Positions 12,740 to 26,580 of a stretch of DNA of 64,000 nucleotides are shown piece by piece. The notes beneath the pieces were generated by a model that did not search any database, was not told the DNA's origin, and saw nothing but the letters and a program-made list of their open reading frames with translations. The position numbers and the translations under genes were made by a program. Numbering within the stretch: position 1 is the stretch's first letter; every line of letters begins with the position of its first letter. Source of the stretch: Lobosporangium transversale (Eukaryota). The stretch covers positions 496,001-560,000 of the forward strand of contig NW_019028989.1 in NCBI RefSeq assembly GCF_002105155.1, written 5' to 3'.

Positions 12740-14632
12740 TTATTTGGTTTTGGTGAACTGCTTCCAACCTTCAGGCATCTTGGCTTGGAATCCAGAAACA
12801 CCGCCATCGCTTCCTTGTTCAAAGGTCAAGAACACTCCAGTCGCGGCCCCATCGTCAACAAAGGCCATCTTGAAAGAATCATAATGGTAATGCTCCATCT
12901 TGGACTCAAGCTTGTTGAAAGTAATGAAGAGTGCATCCTCTTTTCCATCAACAGGCCTGAGTTCGACAGTCATCTCACCATAGATCGGGTGGGTATATTT
13001 GCCAGTGAAGTCTGAGAGGGGACGAGTCGTGGGCTTGGACTTGACCAAAGGCGGTAAATCACCGCCATTCAGTTGATATGCTATGTAGTCGTAAAAACCT
13101 TTGCTCTGTGCAACAGAGAGTGCCAACCAATCTTCCGTCTTTGGCAACCCAAACAACTCATCTGCAATAAGGAATGGTAAGTACCCGACAAGTCCCGACG
13201 CCTGTAAGCCATTGGACTGTGTAGCAACCACCAAGTCGTCATTAGGAAAGAACTGCAAGTTTGAAATGAAACTGGAGATACTGCCATCTAAAACATGACA
13301 GCAGACAGAGAGATCAATTAATGTGACATCGGGTTAGAAAATACAATCTGCGCACCAACTTGGCCTGAACTGATAACTTCAGACTTACCATGACTCAAAA
13401 AAGTTTTTCCTTTGTAGCTGTCTATCAACCAACCCATGCCATAGGCTTGGGTCGGAGCGAAATCAGCTGTCAGCCTTTGATTCGAGAAGAAAGTGTGTCC
13501 ACTGCAGACTTCACGGATACTGTCCTTATTCAAAACCTGCTTATCCTTTGATTTGCCGCCATTCATGATCACCTGGCCATATCGAGTAAGGTCAAGGACA
13601 TTCGAGTACATGTCCCCTGCGGGCGCAACTGACAAATAAATAGGGCTCAGTTCTCCATATTCAAACTTGCCTTTGACTGCATCTTCAAATGACCATGCAA
13701 AACTAGGGATAGCATGGTTGCTGGATCTTTTCTTCATAGCCATTGGCCCGAATCCAGTATTCTTGAGACCAAGTGGCTTAACAACCTTGTTTTCGACCAA
13801 TTTCTCCCAGGAGGTCCCAGCAACTCTGGCAGAGGCTTCACCAATAGCTGCGTACATGATGTTGTTGTACACAGCCTTGGTTTTGAGCTTTCGGTCCAAT
13901 TTGTCGTACTTGATACGCTTGATCAGATCCAATCTAGTGATATTGGCCTTCAGCCACGCTGCATCGTGTCTGAGCATGCCCTGTAAAAACAGGTGATGAC
14001 GTGTTAGTTTTAATGTTTTATTAACTTTTTTTTTTTTTTTTTTTTTTTTTTTGGAAGATAAATAAACTTACTGTTCGATGAGACAACAAGTCCACTGCGG
14101 TGAGTTCGGAAGTTAGAACAGGATCATCAACTTCAAACTCGGGAAGATATTTAGAAACAGGAGTCTGGTCCCAGTCCATCTTTCCTTCTGCCACCAATTC
14201 TCCAATAGCTGCAGCAGTGAAGGATTTGGTGATGGATCCCATCGGCATTAAAGTCTAGAAAATTAGTAAAAAAAAAAATACATTTGAGCTTTATGTGATC
14301 ATTAGGAAAAAAATACATGTAAAATGAATACTTTATAAAAAGACAACTACCTCTGGTTCGAAGGGGTCTTTGGCATTGCGTTTACCAAATCCTTCAGCAA
14401 AAACCAATTTGCCCTTGTAAAGAACCGCGACGCTCATGCCAGGGATACCGCTTTCGACTCTGGCCTTCTCAATCACAGAACGCAGGTTCGACAGCGAAGC
14501 GGGGGCCGAAACCCTATTGTCCCCTAGGTCTTCATCTTGGGCAGTAACAGCAGAAGGGCTCAAGAGCACCAAAATGGTCGGGATGGCGACCGAGAGGAAA
14601 CTTCTCAGTCTCTTGGGTGAGAAAGCTACCAT
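12740..14632 (-). CDS. Secreted beta-lactamase/AmpC-like serine hydrolase with C-terminal DUF3471-like domain, copy A (4 exons)
   Basis: Signal peptide; SxxK (GSITK), DLLSHRTG, YxN (YNN), PAGDMYSN, YGMGW, HDG; C-terminal GKYTHPIYG...EHYHYDSF. Exons about 14632-14351, 14254-14072, 13980-13389, 13287-12740. Confidence 0.9.
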
Positions 14633-17215
14633 GATCTTTGGGAAATCAGTTTTTTCTTTTTTTTTTACAGTTGAATTCAAGTTGTAATGATTGCTAGTGA
14701 AGTAGATTGTTTTAATGAAGAACAAAAGATGGAACTCCCCTAGACAAGGTATTTATATTATGAGGTTAGCGAGTAAAAGTAGGCTGTTGACAATGACCGC
14801 TTCTTCTATTTCGCGAACTAGACTGTTCCTGGCTCGATAGCTCTCATGTGAGTAGTTCAGATTTTTTTCTCCTAGGGAAGAAAGACTTGGCGTTTTCAAA
14901 ATGAGAAAGCCCGTAGTGCAGAGTTTTTAAGATTTTGGCGTATTGGGCTTTTGCTAATTTCATGCTGCGAGCGAAATTCGACTTTAGAAGATCTCGAGTC
15001 TTATTTTTTTTTATTCCGCCAAGAACAGATTCGCTTTTTTTTTTTTTTTTTTTTTTTTCCTTCGTTATTTTTCCACTCTAGGTCCCCCTATGATATATCG
15101 TTCATGATCATGAAAAATATGTGGGAAGTGTGCTTCCATTCTCAACAACCAAAACTCTTGGTGAAGAAGAAAAGCTTTATCTTAAAAACAGACATCCAGA
15201 TAGTCAGAAAGCTTATGAAACGGATTATAAATGTAGCCCATGCTTTCCCAGCACATATTACATTTATACTTACAAAGACCCTTTCTTTTTTGCCTGGCTT
15301 TTATCTGTCTCATCAGAAATAATAGGAATCTTCAACTGACAATCCAAAAAAAAAAAAAAAAAAAAAAAAAATTATGTGACGAAATGACTTGCCATGTACA
15401 TGTATGCCGATCAAAAAAATAAAGTTCGGCTCTAGTTGTGTCATATTTGAAGATCAAAAGAAGGCTGTCGAGCTCTGTCATTCATATATTTGTATCTATT
15501 GAAATGAACCTTCGCCTGTATTAAGGATCTAATTAAGTCTAGCATGTAATGCTTCGTGACGGATGCTTCGCTATTAGCATTATATATTGATCATAATATC
15601 CCTGGGCTCCAGAATCCCCAGGTCTCTCATCATATCAATAGGAATTTATATTTGGTGCAATAATTTTATTTTTTTCAAGTCATACATCATTAAAAAGATA
15701 TACATGTACACTCCTCTCTAGGTTACGACAAGACTGCGCAGCCTTGCTTTGCATGTATACATTCGTTACGTGCTTAAGACATTGGGACGAGGTGAGATTA
15801 TACTGTAGCAATCTCATTTTGATTTGCGAATTGTGCTGCTGCATACATCTCCCCTGCGTACTTCCTCACTGGACATGTCCACTTTCTCACCTTTTATCAC
15901 ATTCAGCCTCGATAAACTCTTTTACATAGGATGTGGTTTAGTGTTGATCCCTCATTCAGACAATTAGACTCTCGCTTTGCTTGGCAGCTCGATCTCCACC
16001 ATCAGTCAAACGTGGAAAGTTTTGTATGGCAACCCAACAATCTATTTTTATTTCTTGTACACTATCACATATTTTTGTCCAAATGGTCGGAGTATGTAAA
16101 ACCCACGTTTTCATCGACCAATTCCATACTCCAGAATCGGGTTTCTTAGATCGAAAAGCATAATAAAAAAATATTTTTCTTACTCTTGTAAATGCTTGCA
16201 AATGATGTTGAGCGAAATCAATTCCTAGGTTACCTCATCAAGGAAAAACAGGCCGTTAACTCTTGATGTTAAGGTTCCCGTGGAAACAAAGCTTTATCTT
16301 TAACACAGTGCAATAATAAGACCGCGCTAAGAAAAATCCTATGCTGGGACAACATGTTCGTCATAACTTATATCTATCATTTTATATACCTTGGCCTCTT
16401 TTTTTGTTTTCGAAAATGCTTTTTGAGAAGTAGCTGTTAATTTCGTTGCAGCTTTTGTTGCGCCACCATTATGCCCGTGCTCATAGTGGATCACTACAAA
16501 AGCAAATCGAGACAACGTCAACGACAGAATACACACTTATATACTACTACTGTAAAACTTAAAACATCCGTGTAAACAGACGGATTCTTCACAAGCAAAC
16601 GAGAATTATTACCATATGATTTATTGACTTCGAATCGAGAACCATTCATCACCTTGGTGTTTAACTACCTGTATCTCGACTGACGAAAAGAGCAAATTCA
16701 TAAATTGGATGCCCCAGGATCAGTCCTCATGATAATTTTTTATTTATTTACTGTTGAACATTAAGTCTTCAATAAAATTTTACTGTTTCTCGCTTTTGAG
16801 ATCTTCGAAAGAAAAAAAAAAAAAAAAAAAAAAGAGGCATGGTAATCTTCGTACGCGCTATGAGCTGAACAAGAAGGGCATCCAGAATCTAATATGCTCC
16901 AAGATATGTGAACATGTACAACATTTTGCGGATGGCCAGGGCTGTTGCCCCAATAAGGTTTTACAGGCACGATTATGGTTGCTCTAACTGCTGATTAAGC
17001 TTAAAGACCACAGACCCACGGACATGACATAGGCTGAGGGCTCCTGTTATGCATCCTTGGAGCCAATCTCTATTCAATAAGACCTATCTTCTACACCTTT
17101 TTTTTTTTTTTTTTTTTTTTTGATGATAGGAGTCAAGTTCGCCTGGGATGAGGAACGTTCTGATTCGCAACTTTATTCCATTCCGTGAGAGAGGAAAAAA
17201 TGAAGACGATGCTTT

Positions 17216-19145
17216 TCAGGGCTGATTAACAACTTTCACAAAGGATTGGGGGCCATCCGGAAGCTCAACTATGAAACTAATAATACTACCGTCAGCCTCT
17301 TGTTGAAACGTGATAAGAAATACAGAGATCAAATCACTGTTTTTGATAACACCCTTGAAAGTGTCATAATGATAGTGCTCTAGCTTGTCATCCAGCTGAT
17401 TGAATCGGAAAAAGAGCGATGATCCGGTCGACGCGGACTTGGGCTCGGACCTGAGCTCAATAATGAAGGTGCCGTACAAAGGATGAATGTACTGGCCCGC
17501 AAACTCAATTAAAGGGCGAGATGTAGGTTTACCCTTAATTTTTGGAGGTAAGAAATCGCCATTAAATACCTTGGAAGCAGTCTCGTAGGATGCCTTGATA
17601 TCCTGAGTCAACCTGAACAACCAGTCTTCAGTCTTGGGTAATGCAAGGATCTCATCCGCGATGAAATAGGGGAGGAATTTGGTCATCGCAGAAGAGTACC
17701 TCATGTTGGACTGCACAGCAATAACCAAATCGTCATCAGGGAACATAAACAGGCTTGAAGCGAAAGAGGAAGCTACACCACCTATCATCCGTCATCACGA
17801 TAAACGATTTGTTAAAAAAAACTCCCTAAGATCTTTGATATGTCATCGCATATTAATCCCTTACCATGATAAACGAGGTATCTTCCTTTGTAACTGTCTA
17901 TCAACCATCCGAAACCGTATGTCAATGTTGGTGCAAAGTCTGGTGAACGCCTTGCACTCTTGTCCAACGTATGCCCGCTGAGGATTTCTTTAATGCTTTC
18001 CTTGTTTAGTACTTGCGTTCCGTTGACTTGCCCAGAGCTCAGTATTGCCTGGCCATACTGAACTAGATCTAGGACGTTGGAATACATGTCTCCTGCTGGT
18101 GCAGCAGCCGGATAAACAAGGTCCAGATCCCCCAATTGATACTTTCCATCTAAAGCATCGGCAAATGACGCCGCAGAAACTGGGATCGCATGGTCTGTGG
18201 ATCGTTTCTTCATCGCCATCTGCCCAAACCCTGTGCTTTTTAGACCAAGGGGATTGACAACTCTTCCTTCAACTAAGTTTTCCCAGGAAGTGCCGGCAGC
18301 CCTGGCAGAAGCTTCCCCGACAACTGCGTACATAATACTGTTGTATTGAGTCTTTGCTTTAAGTTTACGGTTCAGTTTGACGCTCTTGAGGCGCTTAATC
18401 AGTTCAATTCTAGTGATATTTGCCTTATACCAAGCTAAATCGTGTCTAGGCATACCCTGATTTTATGGCAAGGGGGAGGAAAGTGATAATTATAATATTA
18501 GTAAGTCACCAGAGATAATTATGGATAAAAACAGCACTACTCAAGGAAGTAAGTCGAGGATACGCTTACAGTTCGATGAGACAATAAATCCGCGACGGTG
18601 AGTTGGAGCGTCAAATCAGGGTCCTCTAATTCGAACTCAGGAAGGTATTTGGAAACTGGAGTGATGTCCCAATCCATCTTCCCTACTGCAACTAGCTCCC
18701 CAATGGCAGCAGCTGTGAATGACTTTGTAATTGACCCTATTGGCGCCAATGTCTAATTCCCATGAATATGAGAAAAAAGAGTCGTAAAAAAGATCGGGCT
18801 TCCGTTCTTTAATTCTTTTCTTTTCTTTTCTTTTCATTTCTTTTTTTTTTTTTTTTTTTTTTTTTCTCTTTTTCTCTTTACCTCAGGTCGATAAGGATCT
18901 TTGCCGTTTCGTGCGCCAAACCCCTCAGCAAAAATAATTTTACCTTTATGAAGGACTGCTACAGCCAACCCTGAGATACCGCTGTTAATGCGAGCCTTTT
19001 CGATTTGGGAGTGCAAATTTGACAGTTTTGTTTGGTCGATAGCATCTTGGTGTTGTGCATTTGTCGAATTCAGTAGTAGTAAGAAAAGTAAGATGGCGAT
19101 GAGGGGAGCGTCTGCAAGCTTATTGAGTAATAAAAGAGTGCCCAT
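17216..19145 (-). CDS. Secreted beta-lactamase/AmpC-like serine hydrolase, copy B (4 exons, same intron positions as copy A)
   Basis: GSITK, DLLSHRTG, YNS, PAGDMYSN, YGFGW, HGG, GQYIHPLYG...EHYHYDTF; clear paralogue of copy A. Confidence 0.9.
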
Positions 19146-20198
19146 GCTATTGTGGCCATAAGCGTGTGAGAGATAGTAAGGTGTTACAAGTGTTGAGAGA
19201 GATTAATTCTATGCTGCTGAGTCTCCTATAAATCAAACAAACAAAAACAAAGAATTTATACGCTTCCGTGTTGGAGAGGGGGTATCGTGATGACGAAGGA
19301 TACTGACACAAGTGTGTTACCCTCAGGAAAACTGCTTATTTCTATTTTTATACTTTTCACTGCTGACTTTTGCTTCCCGATGGGCGAAAACCTTTATCTA
19401 TGACATCCACAAGCAAGCAGGAGTGGCTAGGCACTATGCTCGCACGGATTAAATAGTTTGTTTTTCACTTTCCTGAAACTAGAATCATTGACGTCCAATC
19501 GTTGGTACGACGCGTTTAATTATAGTTAATTCGCACCGTCACATCACTCTTGCTCTGAACATTTGACCTAATGAACGATCTGAGACCTCGGGTTTCTACC
19601 AAGAACCCTAAAACATCTTCCTTCCCACGCTGAACAAATTCTAGAAGCGAAAACAAGGTTCGATCGTCATTGGCGACAGCTTGAAAATTATGTTATTGAC
19701 TTGGCTTAGTTAGATGAACACTGAGAACAATAGCCCTCTATAGGACGAGGGCACAATCTGACGGCAATTTGTTTTGATTTAGTGAGTTGGGCCCCTTTTT
19801 TGATTCAAACGCCACACATTCATTAACCTCTTGGTGTCCTTGCCATCTAATCTGTTGTCGGGCTAACCAAAGGTCTAATTGGTTCGCTTACGAAGTAGAA
19901 GGGAGGTTGCGAATTGATTTACTCTTTACTTTGAGTCCACGTGCACCAAGGTGCATCCTTCTAACGTTGAATAGAATGACATGAGCTTGTTCGAAGAGGA
20001 TGGAATGGTTGGCTATTATTTAAGCAGGGAACTGGCATTACGCAGCCTCCGCTTTTATTAATGAGATTCACTTCGCACTTTATAGAGGGATATTAATATG
20101 ATATTAATAAGTATAAGGTAAAGGAGCAAGCTAACTGAGTTGATCCTGTTTAACATTAGTTTCTATTTGTGTGATCCATAGAGATCCTTTTGCCTTGT

Positions 20199-20640
20199 TC
20201 AAGCTTGCTTTGTTGGGCCCTCAATCTTGCTGAACAAAACAACACCAAACTCGGGGCCCAAATCGAACTGCGCACTGGACACGCCGCCATCGGGGCCTTG
20301 CTGGAAAGTTACGTATGCTCCCTGGTTATACCCATGTTCAATGAGCTGGAACCTGAACGAGTCATAATGGTAGTGCTCCAGCTTGCTATTGAACGTATTT
20401 AGCTTGAAATGGAGAGCACCTGTTTCCAATTGGATTGTGCTATTATCATAAGCTGGATGAGCATAGATGCCAACGAAATCTTGCAAGCTACGGAGGCTTG
20501 TCCTTGATCTGTGGAGGAGGGTTTCCAGCTGCTATTGGCGCCAAGGTTGAACACAGTATTTGAGGATTCTGGACCACTTCACCCAACCAATCTCTGGCCT
20601 TTGGCAACCCAGAGCAAGGAACCAATATGTTGGTAAGTAG
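20199..20640 (-). pseudogene. Truncated, frameshifted third beta-lactamase-family copy (3' end only)
   Basis: Fragments YLP, GLPKARDWL, PPPQIKDKP and RSLQDFVGIYAHPAY...KLEHYHYDSF...TFQQGPDGGVS are separated by frameshifts and match the C-termini of copies A and B; no catalytic exons found upstream. Confidence 0.85.
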
Positions 20641-21997
20641 CGCTGCAATCCGCTTCAAACCTTTAGTGGGCTACTACTCGCTCTTTGTTCTGTTCTTTTA
20701 TATCGATCTATTATCGATATTCGATATTCCAGAATTAAATTCGTAAAAAAGAAAAAAGTGTATGCTCCCTAAGGCGAGCAAATGAAGGAAGTGAGGTGGG
20801 TGTGGTGGTTTGTTGGCTCGAATAATAGACGTAAAACTATTTCCTCTCGCCATAGCATTCCATAGTCAGCCCTAAGCTAATATTGGCGAACTCTGACTTT
20901 ACTGGGCTTGGTATGCGATAATTCTTTCGAACATTATCTTGGGCTTTAGATGCTTGATCTTTTCTCTCTCTTCGATCGAGCCAGCAACCTTGCTTTTTGT
21001 TTTGGAACCTCGAGGCTTCTGCGAAAGTTGATAGAGTCTTCCACGTGACTGTATAGTCCAAATTACATAAATTCCATATTCTAAGACATCATTTGAGCGG
21101 ACATTATGCCTACTCTGTAGACACTAACAATAAAAAAAAGAAAAAACTCCTCTTTTGATCCCTTAGAAAAAAGAATCACACAAAACTGCCTTTTCGCATT
21201 AAAGGACATGTGCCGAGGAAAAAGCAAAGAAACAGAGATCTGCGATCTGGTTTCGAGATGGTGATGGCTACTCAATGAAGACCTCAACTGAGAGTTGTCA
21301 GCGCTAGACTCCCTTTTCCGAAATGCTTGAAAGCAAACGTGGTTAATCTTTTAAGGCGGCAAGTTATTTAAACGATCGCTCCCTTCAAAAGGAGAAGTCG
21401 GCTTGCTGTCTGGATCAACCCAATTTTTGGTACACCCTTTTTACAAGGGTGTCTTTATTATATTATCTATATCGTCGAAGGAAGGGGTTTTCGGTTGGGG
21501 GATACCGTTGTGGTAGTTGTGGCTTGTAGACAAGCATGGTCTGTGCTTTTATGTTTCTGTCTAAGGAAGACATGCACCATATTTCTTTACAAGAGAACAG
21601 TAGCTTTGACATGAAAAAAGATGCGAATAAATATCATGCTTAAGGACATATTGTCATAAGCAAACATAATAAAAGTAATGACATCTCATATTCCTAATCG
21701 TGCTAGCGCTTGGCTTGCCTTTTGTTGAGAAACAATCCATGTAGAGGAACGAAGCTCGCTCAAACGTTGCAACTGCATGCATGTCTTCTATTTTTCTTTG
21801 TCATTTTCAATCCCCCCCTCTTTCCCTTACTTTTCTCCTTTTATGTTACCCTCTTTTTTGTTTGCCATATCATCAAGCATTATATACCAATAGATCTTTT
21901 TTCGTAACCTCCCTACATCCTTCCAGATTGTTCATCATAGCAAGTGTATTTCCTTTTTTTGAATACAACCTCTTACATCTCAACAAACGATCAAAAG

Positions 21998-24900
21998 ATG
22001 CTTCGATCTTCGCCAAGCCTCACTCCATCGATATCTCCGAATATAAATCAATGTCAAGGACAGCTACGGTGCTTGTCACCCAAACCGAATCGCCAACTTC
22101 TGTTGGCTCTATCGCCAAATAACCTAAAAGAAGATAATGACTATGGTCATAGCAACGTCAGTGGCAATGCAACAGCTGCAAGTGCAAGTCCCATTCGAAC
22201 TCCAGGTTACAAAAGCCCCTATCGCCAAAAATGGTCTCCTTTAGTCCACACTATCGCGGTATGGTTCATTTTTTACTATAGCGGTAACTGACCAACAACA
22301 TCGAAAATTAGAATGCTTACATTACCATAATTATTTGATACACCTAGGAGGCCAGGGAGTCATTTTCAGGGACTGTATTGTAAGCTATAGTTTTTAATAA
22401 ATGGGGCGTTAGAGGACAAGGCCCGATATGCTTATACAGTAACAACCATTTCTTTCTTTTATTGTTTAGTCCCACAAAGCTGTTTGATGACGGGGAAGAT
22501 GAGGTAAGATTTTTCATCATAAAAAAAAGTGCGCTGCCTCTATCAACTCTATTTCTTTCATAGAAGATGGTTTGCCACACTATAAAACAGTTGTATGACC
22601 ACATTATTTAAAAAGAAAAAATGTCCTTCATTTCGTCTTCACCTCCTTCTTTCTGTTTTTCCATCATGATATAAATAGCAATCAGTTGCTCAGAGGGCAG
22701 CTAACAATAACAGTGGTCCTTTGGCGCCATCACTGGAGGTGAATAGCATTATTATGCATCGCGTCTTAACTATTTATTCTTTTTCTCATCGGTCTTCTGT
22801 GTAATGTAACCCTGATGTGATTTCTACCCTTCAACCGTGCTAGCCCAAAGTCTCGGCTCGTCGCGACGAGAAGGAAGATGAGCAAGTCATCTCCATGGAG
22901 GTTCTCCTCTTCGCAATCAAACAACTCACGGTTCATGAGTTTGACGGTCCCTGGAAATCGATTTCATACCCAATAGTCCTTGAGGCATGATATATCTATT
23001 TGACTGTAGATGCATCAGCTCACTTTATTCCACACTTACTGATCAAAACAATTTTTTTTATTGCTATTATTTATTATTTTTTGTCGACAATAGCCACTGT
23101 ATCAGAGACTCCGTGACTACCACGTCTGCCTTAAAAGTGCAAAAAAGAGAACGGGTGGTCAAGCGTCACGATCCAAGTCTTTCATTGCGCCGCCAACGGC
23201 AATGCCGACACCAATTAGAAAAAGCAACACTGCTTCAACCGGGCCTGATTACAACGCAATGAATCCACATTGTGACGTAAATGACAGCAATGGCAATATC
23301 AATAACAACCATCATTATCGTGAAGTTCAAGGGTTGCGAGAAAAAATTAAAGATTTGGAAGCGCAGCTAACGCAATCTCGAAGAGCTCATCATGGTCTCC
23401 TTAAAGACCATATTCTGAATATTGCAGCTGCAACTACAGCAAGCTCTTCTTCATCAAATACCAAGACTGGTCCAACCATAGCATCTATCATGACGGTTAC
23501 AGGTATTGGAATATCAACGTTAGCATCAACTTCAACAGCACCATCGACATCGATGTCCAATACTACAACTTTATCATTAATAGATGCTTTGGCCATCCAG
23601 AACATTCTTGCGGCTGTACCTAATGCCGCTCTTCTGCCTCCTGCTGATGGAAATGATGCAGAAGCACTACAGATGGCACAGCAAAAAGTCTTGACAAAAT
23701 CACAACTATGTTTGCAAGACGCTTTGAGAGCATCAAAGAAGAGCCTTCAAGCCCGCCATACCAACATTCAAGGGTCATCTGAGTCTTCGTTACACTCAGA
23801 TGAGGAGAAGGATGTAGTCACAACAAAGATGGCGAAGGCGACTCATTCCTTTAGCTCAAATTCAATCAATTCCTTGGCTCCACTTAAAGAGCAACAACTT
23901 GACCTCTTCAACAACGCTACATCCCGTCTACTTCGTGCAGAAACAGAGCTTGCACTGCTTAAACTAATCATGGCCCAGAGTCAACGAGAAATATCGGGAC
24001 TAGAAGAAGAAATTTTTAGAAAACAAGCCGAGTTGGCTCATCATCGCACAGTTTTTGATTACATCCTTGAGCTAGAACGGTTGGGATTCGAAATCCAGAT
24101 TCACGAGGGTCAAATCCAGATCAAAGAATTGGAGAGCCTTGTCCAAAAGACAGTGCAAGGAAAGGAGGAAGCAGTTGCGGAGGCTGTCAAGGCCTTAGAA
24201 GGCGAAATAAGATCCCTTCAGCAACAACTGACAGAGAAACGAGAGGCATTTGAGAAGGTACAGGAGCCTCAAATGACAGATCGTCAACAGGATTTGGAAA
24301 CGATCATAATTCAGCTTCGAGACGAATTGGTATTGCAAACTCGGCGAGCCAGAGAAGCTGAGGCGGTTTCAAAAGGTGATCAAGAAGAATTGGAAAGAAC
24401 AAGGGTTAAGCTTCAGAGGGCTTTGTTAGATGGAGATGGGGACGCGGAAGGAGTCATGGTGGAGCATCTTGAAAAGGAATATAAAAAGAAGACAGTAGCC
24501 CTTCGAACCAGCCTGGCGCAGGTATATAGAGTAAACAGACGACTAGGCAGGGAGATGTCGGCCCTAGCGCGTAAGGTCGTCCGTGTGGAATCTATTAATG
24601 AAGAATTGGTAGAACAAGCTAAACAAGATCGGGCAGAAATCAAGAGCCTGAAGTGTCAGGCAGAGTTCCTACAAGAGCAGCTTATTACTGCTTCAGGAAA
24701 GCCTTCCGATGATGTAGGCACGGCATCAGCGGCAGATGAGTGCCTGGTCGCTTCTTTGCAGGAGCAAATCACGGCGCTAGATATCCAAATCGATGGGTTG
24801 TCTTCATCATTGCGCCTTAAGGAGCAAGAACTGGAAGAAGCACATGGAGAGGCTGAGCAGCTTTTGCTTAAGCTCGAGTCAGAGTTGGCACAGCAAAAGG

Positions 24901-25316
24901 AAGCTCATGCAAAAGAGATGAAAGAATTTGCAGAGGAGAAGAAGCTGCAAGCCCAAAGAGAACGAGCCTGTCAAAACGCATCTGTGACGTTATTCCAGAA
25001 TATGGTCACCAAATTACAGACAGAACTGTCAGAGACGCAAGAAAAGTTACGGGACACCACGATTTGTTGGGGAAACACAAAGGAACAACTTCAGAAGTGC
25101 GAGCAGGCATATCGAAGACGTAAAAGAGATTTAGAAGTGACCACGAAGCACTTACACGAGGTAGAAGAGACAGTCCTCAAGTTAGGAGATGCGATTACAA
25201 TGCTAGAGATGGAGAAGGAGACCAATATGGTGTTGGTCAGATCTTTGGAGGAACGAGACCGTGAGCTGAGGGACATGGAGTATCGCCTTAGAGTCTTGGA
25301 GGAGGAGCACGAGTGA
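21998..25316 (+). CDS. Long coiled-coil protein of unknown function; several small 5' exons (structure uncertain) and one large 3' exon
   Basis: 704-codon ORF at 23202-25316 rich in E/Q/L/K heptads; upstream GT-AG-flanked segments from ATG 21998, whose phases could not be fully reconciled. Confidence 0.75.
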
Positions 25317-25672
25317 TTAAAGTGTAAATAGTAATAAACACTTAGTCCTCTCGGGCTTAACATTCTTGGCACTGCCATCGGACAGACAAAAACAGAATAA
25401 TAACAAACGTTAGAAAGTGTTAGCCAGGAGCTTTTAGGCATGTCTAGTTACCCTTGAATGAATGTTTGGTCGGGAAAAATACATTAGTAGAGGAAAAATG
25501 CTGCATACTGCGCAAGAATCGCAGTTAAATGCAATAAGATGTGGCGATACTGATGTTTGGTCCTTTGAAATTCTCACGGGAATGCTATAGTCATCCCCAT
25601 ATTCATTTAAAAGCAATGGACGTCGTTCTTCTTTGCCCCTCCTGTTAACCAAAAAAGAAATAAAGTATTATC

Positions 25673-26212
25673 ATGTCCTTTAGTAAGCCTACTGTACTCT
25701 CAACTACGTCTACGCCTATGCCCTCCTCGACTTCCTCCGCTCCGAGAACTGGAGCTGCAATAAGGCTAGCAAGGCTCATAATCCCCTCCAACTACCGCTC
25801 TTCACGTTGGCCAGGCCGTTTCCTGCTCTGGACAGGCCATCTCCATAATGCTGTGGGTCTGATGATCTCTGAGCTTCGTGATCCCCTCCTGAGCGCATTA
25901 AAAGCTGGCTACTTTAATGCATTTGATTCTTCTATCTACCGCTGCAACGCGTTCTGGTTCTTCTTGGCAGGATTTCAAATGGTCATAGGTGGAAGGATGA
26001 TGAACTTGCATTTATTCTCAAGCTCGAATGATGGAAAACAAGAAGGAGAACAGTTCCAGCATAAGTATTCTCAAAGCCTTAGTCAGAGAAAGCTCCCTCG
26101 AGAGGTGGGATGGTGGCTTCTGGCCATAGGGATGGGTGGTGCAATCGCCATGCCAGCAAGTGGGTTCTATTTAGTGGGACTGCAAGGCCTTGCCATTCTT
26201 TTTGCACTGTAA
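25673..26212 (+). CDS. Intronless small membrane protein, DUF6463-like
   Basis: WPGRFLLWTGHLHNAVG, AFWFFLAG and LPREVGWWLLAIGMGGAIAMPASGFYL resemble the mostly bacterial DUF6463 family as recalled; about three hydrophobic segments. Confidence 0.7.
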   Translation: MSFSKPTVLSTTSTPMPSSTSSAPRTGAAIRLARLIIPSNYRSSRWPGRFLLWTGHLHNAVGLMISELRDPLLSALKAGYFNAFDSSIYRCNAFWFFLAGFQMVIGGRMMNLHLFSSSNDGKQEGEQFQHKYSQSLSQRKLPREVGWWLLAIGMGGAIAMPASGFYLVGLQGLAILFAL

Positions 26213-26462
26213 ATAGAGTGATATGACAAATCATCTCACAACTTGTATACATGTGGCAGATAGTTTAGCAATGAAATAGATAGACCAATAAATACGTTGA
26301 CTGTCCCAATTGCTCATGACCTAAATGACAGAAAGAGAGTATCCGAGAAATAACCACTCCAGATAATTCATAATTTATTATTTCAATGGTCACTTACATG
26401 CAGAGCTGCGCTTTGATCTGCGATCGTGGGTTTCTCAGTAAGAAGCCTGCCGATCATACCGG

Positions 26463-26494
<32 letters not shown>

Positions 26495-26580
26495 ATTTAC
26501 TTAAGCAAGCCTTCAGTGACCTTACTATTCTCAATATTCTCAACTGTCAACATTTAGGCAACCATTACAGGAAAAAAAAA

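Noticed and set aside
15700..16990. Short ORFs between beta-lactamase copies A and B
   Set aside because: No recognisable transposase, reverse transcriptase or paralogue similarity; no terminal repeats seen.
12740..19145. Recent bacterial transfer or contamination for the beta-lactamase genes
   Set aside because: Each has three spliceosomal introns at shared positions, so any transfer is old.
21432..21452. Small inverted repeat ACACCCTT...AAGGGTGT
   Set aside because: An isolated 8-bp stem is expected by chance and has no supporting context.
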